Shown here piece after piece: positions 19,722-27,642 of a stretch of 64,000 bases of DNA. Source of the DNA: Patescibacteria group bacterium (GTDB lineage Bacteria; Patescibacteriota; Patescibacteriia; UBA9570; JAHJKD01); the NCBI GenBank assembly GCA_018822435.1, contig JAHJKD010000003.1, positions 1,208-65,207 on the forward strand. The letters are read 5' to 3'. The first letter of the stretch is position 1, and each line of letters begins with the position of its first letter. The notes beneath the pieces were generated by a model. It was not told the DNA's origin, did no database searches, and was given only the letters and a program-made list of their open reading frames with translations. A program made the translations under genes and the position numbers.

Positions 19722-20870
19722 CTATTCTATTTTTAATATTTTGCAATCCACGAGATATGGCGACTTGAAATCTGTCATTTCGCCTGCTTTTTTGCCTGGA
19801 ACAGGAAATAATCTTGCTGATAATGGCTTATCTAACTTAATTGCTAAAGTCGCCATATCGAGAAGTGTCGCTTCAATCTTTTCTGCTGGCGTGTCGCCTG
19901 GAATTGGAACTGTGTCTAAACCAACACCGCAAACTGCTGAATATAAAAGCAGGTTAGTAATGCCGTAGGTAGCTTCATTTGCTCTCGTTGCAAGTCCAAG
20001 GTCTTCGCATACTGGGAGCATAAGACCAGAATAGCCACATATCTTAACTGACAAACCTTTGAGTACACGAGTGACCAAAGCAGAAATTGTAAGTGTTCCT
20101 TGACTTCCAAATTTGCCAAAGCCGAGTTTTTCAAAAGCAAAAGCAATACTTTCATGCTCCTCAAGTCCTGGATTTAGTGAAGCATCAATACCATTATAGC
20201 CAATGCCAAAGTCTTTTGAAATCTGTTGAGCTAAATCGGCGACTTTCTTAGTTTCTTCTTCAAATATTGCTTTTAGGTTTTGCTCTGCTTCTATGAGATT
20301 GCTTGATTTTGAAAATGCCTTCACGGCTAAGTCTCCGCACTCCAAGCCAATACCGAAAGCGGTTTCTCCCTCGTGAAAACCGGTAGGAAAGAACGGAATA
20401 CCTGGCTTACAATTTGCGGAGGCGCAGAATCTAAAATTGCCGTAACCGTTTTCGGTTTCCTCTGCAATTCGTTTGATAACTTGAGCTGCTATTTTGGCAT
20501 TTTCAAAATCTATTCCACTTTCCTTGTCGCCGATTTTGGCGGAGCATGAAATTTGAGAGGTAACTTTATTAAATTCAGGAATGAGTTTAATTTTATCTGG
20601 CGTTTTTGCGTAGCCCATATTGAAAAAACTTACGTCGAGGCTTTGGCAAATTTGTTCTATTTTTTGAATCGCACTTACAATTTCTGCGTCTGAAAGACTA
20701 CCAAGATATTCTTCCCATGAATTAGTGGCTATTCTGGTCGTCTGCACTTCATAACCTGCTTTTTCAAACACTTCCTTAGCTTTGCGATTGAATTCAGCAG
20801 TTTGTCTTATTTGATCTTCAATATCAGGTGATTGAAGCGACACGCCAGTTGTTATTGTTCTTATTTTCAT
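19722..20870 (-). CDS. DUF711 family protein
   Basis: MKIRTITTG, VQTTRI, GYSGLMLPVCED, YSAVCGVGLDTVPIPGD, KPLSARLFP. Confidence 0.85.
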   Translation of the reverse strand: MKIRTITTGVSLQSPDIEDQIRQTAEFNRKAKEVFEKAGYEVQTTRIATNSWEEYLGSLSDAEIVSAIQKIEQICQSLDVSFFNMGYAKTPDKIKLIPEFNKVTSQISCSAKIGDKESGIDFENAKIAAQVIKRIAEETENGYGNFRFCASANCKPGIPFFPTGFHEGETAFGIGLECGDLAVKAFSKSSNLIEAEQNLKAIFEEETKKVADLAQQISKDFGIGYNGIDASLNPGLEEHESIAFAFEKLGFGKFGSQGTLTISALVTRVLKGLSVKICGYSGLMLPVCEDLGLATRANEATYGITNLLLYSAVCGVGLDTVPIPGDTPAEKIEATLLDMATLAIKLDKPLSARLFPVPGKKAGEMTDFKSPYLVDCKILKIE

Positions 20871-20912
20871 GGTGCGAAATATTAAAAATTAAAAATTTTG
20901 ATAAATTATTTC

Positions 20913-21513
20913 ATATAACGTTTCGGCATAGCCGAAGTTTGACGGGTGTAAAATACGCCGAAGGTGTACACCCGTCAAATTTGGGTGAGCGAGCGTTAAA
21001 AATAAAATTGTTTTTATTCGTTTAGAATAATAACTTGTATGTTACTCCTTCTTTCCATTGTGGATTTTCCCATTCTTTGAAATCAAAATTTTCACATAGA
21101 TTTCGCATAGGAGAATTTTTAAAAGCGGTTTCTGTAACAACTCCTGTAGCTTTTTTGTTTTTTGCGTGTTCAATACATCTACCCATCAGTTTTTTTCCTA
21201 TACCAAGCTTTTGAAAATATGGATCAACGAGTATTTCACGGATGAAAAAGAAATTGTCTTCCCACCAACCTCTGTCTATAGAACAAAAAGCCACAAATTC
21301 AGCTCCTTTCTTTGCGATAAGATAAAGGCTATCTTTTAGCTGAAAGTGTTTTTTTAGTGAATCTATTGTGGCTTTGTCGTAGGTATAATTGAAAGATTTT
21401 TTATTACGTAAAAAATCAATTTCTTTTTCATTTTTCATCTCTGTAATTTTGATTTCATCCATAGAATTAAAACAATTTTATTTAGCTCGCGAACCGGCTA
21501 TGCCGTGTTAGCT
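20913..21513 (-). other. attC-like site 1, expanded to 601 bp, with a GNAT gene in arm 2
   Basis: ATATAAC-GTTT-cggcatagccg ... cggctatgccg-T-GTTAGCT; arm 2 stem 20984-21019 pairs with 21464-21495. Confidence 0.87.
21022..21462 (-). CDS. GNAT family N-acetyltransferase
   Basis: VDPYFQKLGIGKKL acetyl-CoA motif; N..M..L.E..DF motif. Confidence 0.88.
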   Translation of the reverse strand: MDEIKITEMKNEKEIDFLRNKKSFNYTYDKATIDSLKKHFQLKDSLYLIAKKGAEFVAFCSIDRGWWEDNFFFIREILVDPYFQKLGIGKKLMGRCIEHAKNKKATGVVTETAFKNSPMRNLCENFDFKEWENPQWKEGVTYKLLF

Positions 21514-21521
21514 GAAGTTAA

Positions 21522-21752
21522 TTATTTTTCCCATTTTAAGTATGCCCTAATATTTAAGGCAATTAGGATTATGCAAACAATTACTCCAGGCCAGATTTGA
21601 GCCATGTAGTTGACTATGATCCACGCTATATTCGCAGCAATATAGATTATGAACGCATATCTTTTTTTATTGCCAATTAGGTAAACAAAAAGGAGTGAGC
21701 CTGTCATAGCTATCCAGTCTATACCATAGTAATTGCCAATTATATGTTCCAT
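21522..21752 (-). CDS. Small PnuC-like membrane protein (first cassette)
   Basis: 76 aa, 3 TM, DWIA...ANIAW...AYLKW pattern. Confidence 0.55.
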   Translation of the reverse strand: MEHIIGNYYGIDWIAMTGSLLFVYLIGNKKRYAFIIYIAANIAWIIVNYMAQIWPGVIVCIILIALNIRAYLKWEK

Positions 21753-21767
21753 ATAGAAAAATAATTA

Positions 21768-21809
21768 ATTTCAGCTAACTGGTTATTATACGAAGTGTTT
21801 TCATATAAT
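21768..21809 (-). other. attI-like site with an overlapping cassette-facing -10 box
   Basis: atttcagctaa-ctggtta-ttatacgaagt imperfect dyad; core GTTAGCT at 21779-21773; extra arm copy tttcatataa at about 21799-21808; minus-strand TATAAT at 21790-21785. Confidence 0.7.
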
Positions 21810-21917
21810 ATGCATGATTTAGGGTGTTATGCGGCTATTGCGGAGAAGGGAAGATTGCTGTAATATTTTAAATAACATCCTAAAAACATCTTCTAATATA
21901 CTTAAAATTCATCAATT

Positions 21918-22739
21918 ATGCAAGATTACCTCAAAAAGGCAAAGGAAGAGCTTTTGGTTCGGAATTATAGCCAAAAGACTATTAAAAGTTATACTTCTTG
22001 TTTGCGGAACTATTTTGAATATTTAGATTCTGTTGGTTTTGATTTGGGAGTGGTGGACAGGGAAGTGATAAAAAAATTCTTATTAAAGAAAAAGGGGAAA
22101 GGGTATTCACCACAAACTTTGAATCTTTTTCTCAATGCGATTAAATTTTTTTATAGAGAAATTATTAAATCACAGGAGGAAATTGATTTGAAGTTTTCCA
22201 AACGGTCGCAGAAATTGCCGGTGGTGCTATCGCGCAATGAAATCCAGCTCATCCTAGATGAGGTCGCTAATTCCAAACATAAGCTGCTGATCGGGTTGAC
22301 TTATGGGGCAGGCTTAAGGGTGAGTGAAGTCATAAATTTGAAGGTCAGGGACATTGACTTGGAGAGAGGAGTAATTGCTGTCCGAGCCGGGAAAGGGGAT
22401 AAGGATAGGATCACGGTTTTGCCTGAAAAATTATCGTCTGAAATAATGGCTAGGATAAGGGGAAGGAGTGGGCCGGAGTTTGTTTTTGTCAGTGAACGGG
22501 GCGGACGGTTGACAGCAAGAACAGCACAGAAAGTATTTGAAAATGCTTTGCGGAAGGCAGGGATCCAAAAAGATGCCACTTTTCATTCATTGCGCCATAG
22601 TTTTGCGACTCATTTACTAGAGAGCGGGACGGACATCAGATATGTGCAGACATTGTTGGGACATCGCAATATTCGGACCACGCAAATTTATACCCAGGTG
22701 AGCACGGCTAATATCAGGGCCATTGCCAGCCCGCTATAA
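21918..22739 (+). CDS. Tyrosine recombinase, integron-integrase-like but without the IntI-specific insertion
   Basis: N-terminal SAM-like domain (RNYSQKTIKSY), LPVVLS, YGAGLRVSE, GKGDKDR, HSLRHSFATHLLE, LLGH, TTQIY. Confidence 0.9.
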   Translation: MQDYLKKAKEELLVRNYSQKTIKSYTSCLRNYFEYLDSVGFDLGVVDREVIKKFLLKKKGKGYSPQTLNLFLNAIKFFYREIIKSQEEIDLKFSKRSQKLPVVLSRNEIQLILDEVANSKHKLLIGLTYGAGLRVSEVINLKVRDIDLERGVIAVRAGKGDKDRITVLPEKLSSEIMARIRGRSGPEFVFVSERGGRLTARTAQKVFENALRKAGIQKDATFHSLRHSFATHLLESGTDIRYVQTLLGHRNIRTTQIYTQVSTANIRAIASPL

Positions 22740-22789
22740 AGTTCACTACGTTTGACAGATCATTTATTTAAATTTAAAATAATAGTCCT

Positions 22790-23143
22790 ATGAAAAATGA
22801 AATCACAAAAAAATTAAAAGAACACGACAAGCTGTTTGCTAAAATTGACAAACGGTTTGACGGACATGATAAGCGCTTTGACGAACATGACAGGCAATTA
22901 GAAGCAATAGCGAAGTCAGTAGGAAAAAATACTCAAGACATGGGAGATATAAAACAAGATATTAGCGGCATAAGAAAGGAAATGGCTACAAAAAAGGATA
23001 TTGAGAAGATTTCAAACACTCTTGATAAGTTAGTTGGTTTTGCAAAAAAGAAAGATGAGGAAATGACCTTTATGGGTGAGCGGGTGACTAGGGTAGAAAA
23101 AGATGTCAAACATATTAAGCCGCTTGTGGGCCTGAGTAATTAA
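22790..23143 (+). CDS. Coiled-coil hypothetical protein
   Basis: DKRFDGHDKRFDEHD heptads; TTGACA-17-TAAAAT at 22752-22780. Confidence 0.7.
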   Translation: MKNEITKKLKEHDKLFAKIDKRFDGHDKRFDEHDRQLEAIAKSVGKNTQDMGDIKQDISGIRKEMATKKDIEKISNTLDKLVGFAKKKDEEMTFMGERVTRVEKDVKHIKPLVGLSN

Positions 23144-23160
23144 ATAAAACAATTATTTAT

Positions 23161-23197
23161 CCCAAGCCCCGAATTTATTCGGGATATTGGGTTTTTT
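23161..23197 (+). terminator. Intrinsic terminator
   Basis: cccaa-cccgaat/attcggg-ttggg stem followed by T6. Confidence 0.6.
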
Positions 23198-23251
23198 GTT
23201 TGCAGTGGATTTATTATTAGAAATTTGGTATGATATAGTCCAAAATATTTT

Positions 23252-23716
23252 ATGAAAAGAGCCTTATTTATAGGAAGATTCCAGCCTTTCCACAACGGCC
23301 ACCTCTCGGTTGTCAAAGCAATTGATAGTGATATTGACGAGGTAATTGTCGGGGTGGGATCCAGCCAATATTCTGATACTGAAGAAAATCCCTGTAGCTT
23401 TGAACAAAGGGAAAAGATGATAAAGAAAGTTCTGGATAAAGAATTGGAAAAACCGTTTCAGATTATTTCCGTGCCAGATATTCATGACGAGAAGAATTGG
23501 GTCAAGCATGTCGTGAATATTGTGCCGGATTTTGATGTTGTTTACACGGGTAATGATTGGGTGAGGGGATTATTTGATCAAGCGGGCCGGGAGACCAGGC
23601 CAGTGCAAGAAGAGATTGAAATTTCTGGGACTGAATTGAGGAAGATGATTAAAGAAGATGATGAGAAGTGGAAGCAGTATGTGCCAAAAGAAATAATTGA
23701 AGATATAAAAAAATGA
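23252..23716 (+). CDS. nadM: NadM-type (archaeal-like) nicotinamide/nicotinate nucleotide adenylyltransferase
   Basis: FIGRFQPFHNGH, GSSQ, ENP, ISGTELR. Confidence 0.85.
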   Translation: MKRALFIGRFQPFHNGHLSVVKAIDSDIDEVIVGVGSSQYSDTEENPCSFEQREKMIKKVLDKELEKPFQIISVPDIHDEKNWVKHVVNIVPDFDVVYTGNDWVRGLFDQAGRETRPVQEEIEISGTELRKMIKEDDEKWKQYVPKEIIEDIKK

Positions 23717-24288
23717 AGCGTCCGCTCAAAGTCATATTAGGAACAAATGCCCTGGTTATTTTAGCCGGTGCTTTGCTGACTCCTATTTGGGCAATTTACG
23801 TGGAAGGTATCGGCGGAGATATACTGACGGCCGGTTTTGCTTATGCCATATTTTTAATTGTGGCTGGCGTAGTGATAGTTGTTTTCGGAAAGCTTGAAGA
23901 CAAGATCAAAAGAAAAGATCTTGTTGTAGTGGTTTCATACGCAATCATGGGAGTCGGATTTTTTTGTTATTTATTGGTTAAAAGTCCCTGGCAATTATTT
24001 ATTGTCCAGGCGATTATTGGTTTAGGAGAAGCAATTTATATACCTGCTCTCAATGCATTATATGATAGATTTATTGAAGAAAAAAAAGCCGCTTCCCAAT
24101 GGGGGTCCTGGGATGGCATGATATATATAGTGGCTGGCGTGGCGGCAATTTCCGGGGCGGTAATAGCGGATTATTTGGGTTTTTCTATGCTTTTTATTGC
24201 CATGGGATGCTTTTGCCTTCTAAGTGCTCTTGGTATGCTAATTTTACCAAAAAATAAATTTCAAAAATGGAGCAAGCGGAAGTCATAG
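23713..24288 (+). CDS. Half-size MFS transporter (6 TM)
   Basis: GKLEDKIKRK motif A-like; VQAIIGLGEA. Confidence 0.75.
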   Translation: MKRPLKVILGTNALVILAGALLTPIWAIYVEGIGGDILTAGFAYAIFLIVAGVVIVVFGKLEDKIKRKDLVVVVSYAIMGVGFFCYLLVKSPWQLFIVQAIIGLGEAIYIPALNALYDRFIEEKKAASQWGSWDGMIYIVAGVAAISGAVIADYLGFSMLFIAMGCFCLLSALGMLILPKNKFQKWSKRKS

Positions 24289-25172
24289 AAAAAATAAATA
24301 AGCTGAAAAAGGAGAAGAACGCGGTCTTGTTAGTGCATAATTATCAGCGGCCGGAAATATATGAGGTGGCTGATTTTATGGGAGATTCTTTGGAGCTGGC
24401 CCGGGAAGCAAGCAAGACTAATGCGGAGATAATAATTTTTTGCGGAGTAGATTTTATGGCGGAGTCAGCCAAGATCCTAAATCCGGATAAATTAGTATTA
24501 TTACCCACGCTTGAGGCAAGATGTCCGATGGCCGCGCAAGTTGATATCCCTACTTTAAAGAAAATGCAGGCGGAATATCCGGACGCAGCTACGGTCGGTT
24601 ATGTAAATACGACCGCAGCTACAAAAGCGCATTGCGATGTGTGCTGTACTTCGGCTAATGCTGTAAAAGTTGTTAAAACTTTACCAAATAAGAAAATCAT
24701 TTTTTTACCAGACGAAAATCTAGCTAATTATGTAGCTTGGCAAGCGCCCGAAAAAAAGATAATTCCCTGGCCCGGTTTTTGTTATGTTCATTCTAAAATA
24801 ATGGTCAAGCAGGTCAGAGAAGCGAAAAAAAATCATCCTCAGGCTAAATTAGTCGTCCATCCAGAATGTCCGATTGAAGTCTGCAAAGAAGCTGATGTGG
24901 TGACAAGCACGACCGGGATGTCAGTTTATGTGGGCGAAGACGACGGAGAAGAATATATTATCGTGACAGAGCAGGGCATGGTTAATCGCCTGAAACGCGA
25001 TTATCCCGGAAAAACTTTTTATTCCGTGGGCGGCATTTGCATCCAAATGAAAAAAAATAATTTAGAAAATATTTTAAACAGCCTGGAAAAAGAAATGCAC
25101 GTGGTGGAAGTTGATGAAAAAATAGCAGAAAAAGCCAAACAGGCTTTAGATAGAATGCTGGCTATCAAATAA
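24267..25172 (+). CDS. nadA: Quinolinate synthase
   Basis: HNYQRPE, GDSLEL, FCGVDFMAE, CPMA, HPEC. Confidence 0.96.
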   Translation: MEQAEVIEKINKLKKEKNAVLLVHNYQRPEIYEVADFMGDSLELAREASKTNAEIIIFCGVDFMAESAKILNPDKLVLLPTLEARCPMAAQVDIPTLKKMQAEYPDAATVGYVNTTAATKAHCDVCCTSANAVKVVKTLPNKKIIFLPDENLANYVAWQAPEKKIIPWPGFCYVHSKIMVKQVREAKKNHPQAKLVVHPECPIEVCKEADVVTSTTGMSVYVGEDDGEEYIIVTEQGMVNRLKRDYPGKTFYSVGGICIQMKKNNLENILNSLEKEMHVVEVDEKIAEKAKQALDRMLAIK

Positions 25173-25207
25173 CTACACGAGGGCGCGCATAAATAATTAA
25201 AAAATCT

Positions 25208-26107
25208 ATGGAAAAAAATAAAAAAATTGAAAAAATCTTTATTCAGAAAGAAAAATTGAGCTTAAAAGATAAGGCGTATAAAAAATGTGTGGAACGGTAT
25301 ACAGTTGATGTATTGGATGAAGATGTGGGCAAGAAAGGCGATATTACATCAGCTCATATTTTAAAAGGAGTAAAAAAGAAAAAAGCTGATGCTGTTATAA
25401 AAGCGCATGAAAAGGGAATCGTAGCGGGCGTGGAAGAAATGGAATGGTTTTTAAAGCAGAATAAATTAAAAACTAAAGTTTTTAAGAGAGATGGAGAGAA
25501 GGCTAGTAAAGGGGATAAGATATTGAAAATATCTGGTAAGCCAAAAGACATTTTAAAAACGGAAAGAGTGGTGTTGAATGTGATCAGCCGGATGAGCGGT
25601 ATTGCCACAGAATGCGCTAAATTACGCGTTTACACAAAAGGAAAAGTTGTGCCGTGCCCGACCAGAAAAACATTATGGTCTTTAATGGATAAAAAGGCTT
25701 GTGTGGTGGGCGGCGGCGGTTCGCATCGGCTGGGATTATGGAATTTTATTTTAATAAAAGATAATCATCTTGATTTACTTAATAATGATATGAAAAAGGC
25801 TTTGGCTCCGTTGCAAAAATCAAAGAGAGTAGTTGAAGTTGAAGTTAGCGATAAAGGCCAGGCTTTGGAAGCGGCTGGATATAATCCTGATATTATAATG
25901 TTTGATAATTGGAAGCCAAAGAAAATTAAGAAAATGATAAATAAGATAGACAGGGAATATAAAGAGAATGAGATTATTTTCGAAGCTTCAGGCGGCATAA
26001 CAAGAGATAATATCAAGAAATATGTCCAAGCCGGAGTGGATGTTATTTCTCTGGGATATATTACGCATTCTGCCAAGAGCATGGATTTTAGTTTAGACTT
26101 TATTTAA
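25208..26107 (+). CDS. nadC: Quinolinate phosphoribosyltransferase
   Basis: TRKT, HRLGL, LIKDNH, EVEV, EASGGI. Confidence 0.95.
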   Translation: MEKNKKIEKIFIQKEKLSLKDKAYKKCVERYTVDVLDEDVGKKGDITSAHILKGVKKKKADAVIKAHEKGIVAGVEEMEWFLKQNKLKTKVFKRDGEKASKGDKILKISGKPKDILKTERVVLNVISRMSGIATECAKLRVYTKGKVVPCPTRKTLWSLMDKKACVVGGGGSHRLGLWNFILIKDNHLDLLNNDMKKALAPLQKSKRVVEVEVSDKGQALEAAGYNPDIIMFDNWKPKKIKKMINKIDREYKENEIIFEASGGITRDNIKKYVQAGVDVISLGYITHSAKSMDFSLDFI

Positions 26108-26110
26108 TAT

Positions 26111-27580
26111 ATGAAATATAAAACAGATTTTTTAGTAATCGGGTCGGGCATTGCCGGGCTTAATTTTGCCTTAAAAGCGGCCAAGCATGGCAAAGTAGCT
26201 GTAGTCACGAAAAAAGAATTAATGGAAAGTAATTCTAACTATGCCCAAGGCGGGATTGCCGCTGTTTTAGATCCGGTTGATAATTTTAAATCGCATGTGG
26301 AGGACACTTATAATGCCGGCGGAAAAATCGGAGACAAAAAAGCGATCGAGATCATGATCAAAGAGGCGCCGCAAAAAATAGATGAGTTGATCGACTTAGG
26401 CGTTGGCTTTAACAGGATCCAGGGAAAGCTGGACCTGGCCCAGGAAGGCGGGCACTCCAGAAGGCGGATCGTCCACGCCAAGGATGCGACCGGCCGGGAA
26501 ATTGAAAGAGCCTTGGTTTTCAATATCCGCCATAATTCCAATATTGAAGTTTTTGAAGCTAATATCGTGGTTGATCTGATCGTCAAGAACGGAAAGTGCC
26601 TCGGGGCGTATGCTTTGGATACGGATGAAAAAAAAATTAATTCTTTCTTTGCCAAAGCGACTGTTCTGGCCACCGGGGGAGCGGGCCGGGTTTTTAAAAA
26701 CAGCTCTAATCCAAAAATTGCGACCGGCGACGGCCTGGCCATGGCTTATCGGGCCGGGGCTGAACTCCAGGATCTGGAATTCGTCCAGTTCCATCCGACC
26801 GCGCTTAATAAAAAAGGGTATCCCCATTATTTAATATCAGAAGCGATCCGGGGCGAAGGAGGAAAATTATTAAATTCGAAGAGAAAAAGGTTTGTCAAAG
26901 AATTGGCGCCCAGAGATATTGTGAGCCGGGCCATTGTAGAAGAAGAAAAAACCGGACCAGTATATTTGGATGTTCGCCATTTAGGCGAAGATGAAATAAA
27001 AAGAAGATTTCCCGGGATCTATGATCAGCTCTGGTGGTATGGCATTTTTATGGAAAAAGACCTTATCCCGGTGGCGCCGGCCGCGCATTTCAATTGCGGC
27101 GGGGTAGTGACTGATTTGAACGGAAAAACCGGCATTGAAGGGCTTTATGCTTTTGGTGAAGTGGCCCGCACAGGCGTGCATGGCGGCAATCGCCTGGCTT
27201 CAAATGCCTTGCTGGAGTGCATGGTTTTTTCCGGCCGGGCATTGAAAGCTGCTAAAAATTTCATACAAGGGAAAAGAATTATTGAATCAGCTGTTCCTAG
27301 ATTGAAAATAATTAATATTAATGATAGGACCGGAAAATTAAGGAGGCGCATGCAAGCTATTATGTGGGAAAATGTTGGAGTTGTAAGAAATAGGCAGGAT
27401 TTGGCAAAAACTATTGGAAAATTGGAAAAAATTGAGGAAGAAACCGGAACTTTATATAAAAAAGGCGTAAATGCGCAGATAATAGAGCTACGGAACATGA
27501 TTGAAGTGGCAAAATTAATAGCAGAATCAGCTTATTTACGGGAAAAAAGCGTGGGTACGCATCATATTGCTAAAAACTAG
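26111..27580 (+). CDS. nadB: L-aspartate oxidase
   Basis: GSGIAGL, AQGGIAA, EGGHS, QFHPT, GVHGGNRLASN. Confidence 0.96.
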   Translation: MKYKTDFLVIGSGIAGLNFALKAAKHGKVAVVTKKELMESNSNYAQGGIAAVLDPVDNFKSHVEDTYNAGGKIGDKKAIEIMIKEAPQKIDELIDLGVGFNRIQGKLDLAQEGGHSRRRIVHAKDATGREIERALVFNIRHNSNIEVFEANIVVDLIVKNGKCLGAYALDTDEKKINSFFAKATVLATGGAGRVFKNSSNPKIATGDGLAMAYRAGAELQDLEFVQFHPTALNKKGYPHYLISEAIRGEGGKLLNSKRKRFVKELAPRDIVSRAIVEEEKTGPVYLDVRHLGEDEIKRRFPGIYDQLWWYGIFMEKDLIPVAPAAHFNCGGVVTDLNGKTGIEGLYAFGEVARTGVHGGNRLASNALLECMVFSGRALKAAKNFIQGKRIIESAVPRLKIININDRTGKLRRRMQAIMWENVGVVRNRQDLAKTIGKLEKIEEETGTLYKKGVNAQIIELRNMIEVAKLIAESAYLREKSVGTHHIAKN

Positions 27581-27642
27581 ATATCGTCGTATAATAATAC
27601 TGCTCTTTTTAGGGTAATATTAAGAAAAATTAATAAACACAT

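Larger units (their letters stand above)
6692..22739. mobile_element. Integron-like element: tyrosine recombinase, attI-like site and five minus-strand cassettes
   Basis: Five attC-like sites share one architecture; the GTTA core opening each cassette is complementary to the TAAC core closing it; integrase is divergent. Confidence 0.88.

Noticed and set aside
21787-21796. TATACGAAGT identity to a loxP arm, or a dif site
   Set aside because: Only 10 nt match; no full lox or TTATGTTAAAT arm; better explained as the attI arm
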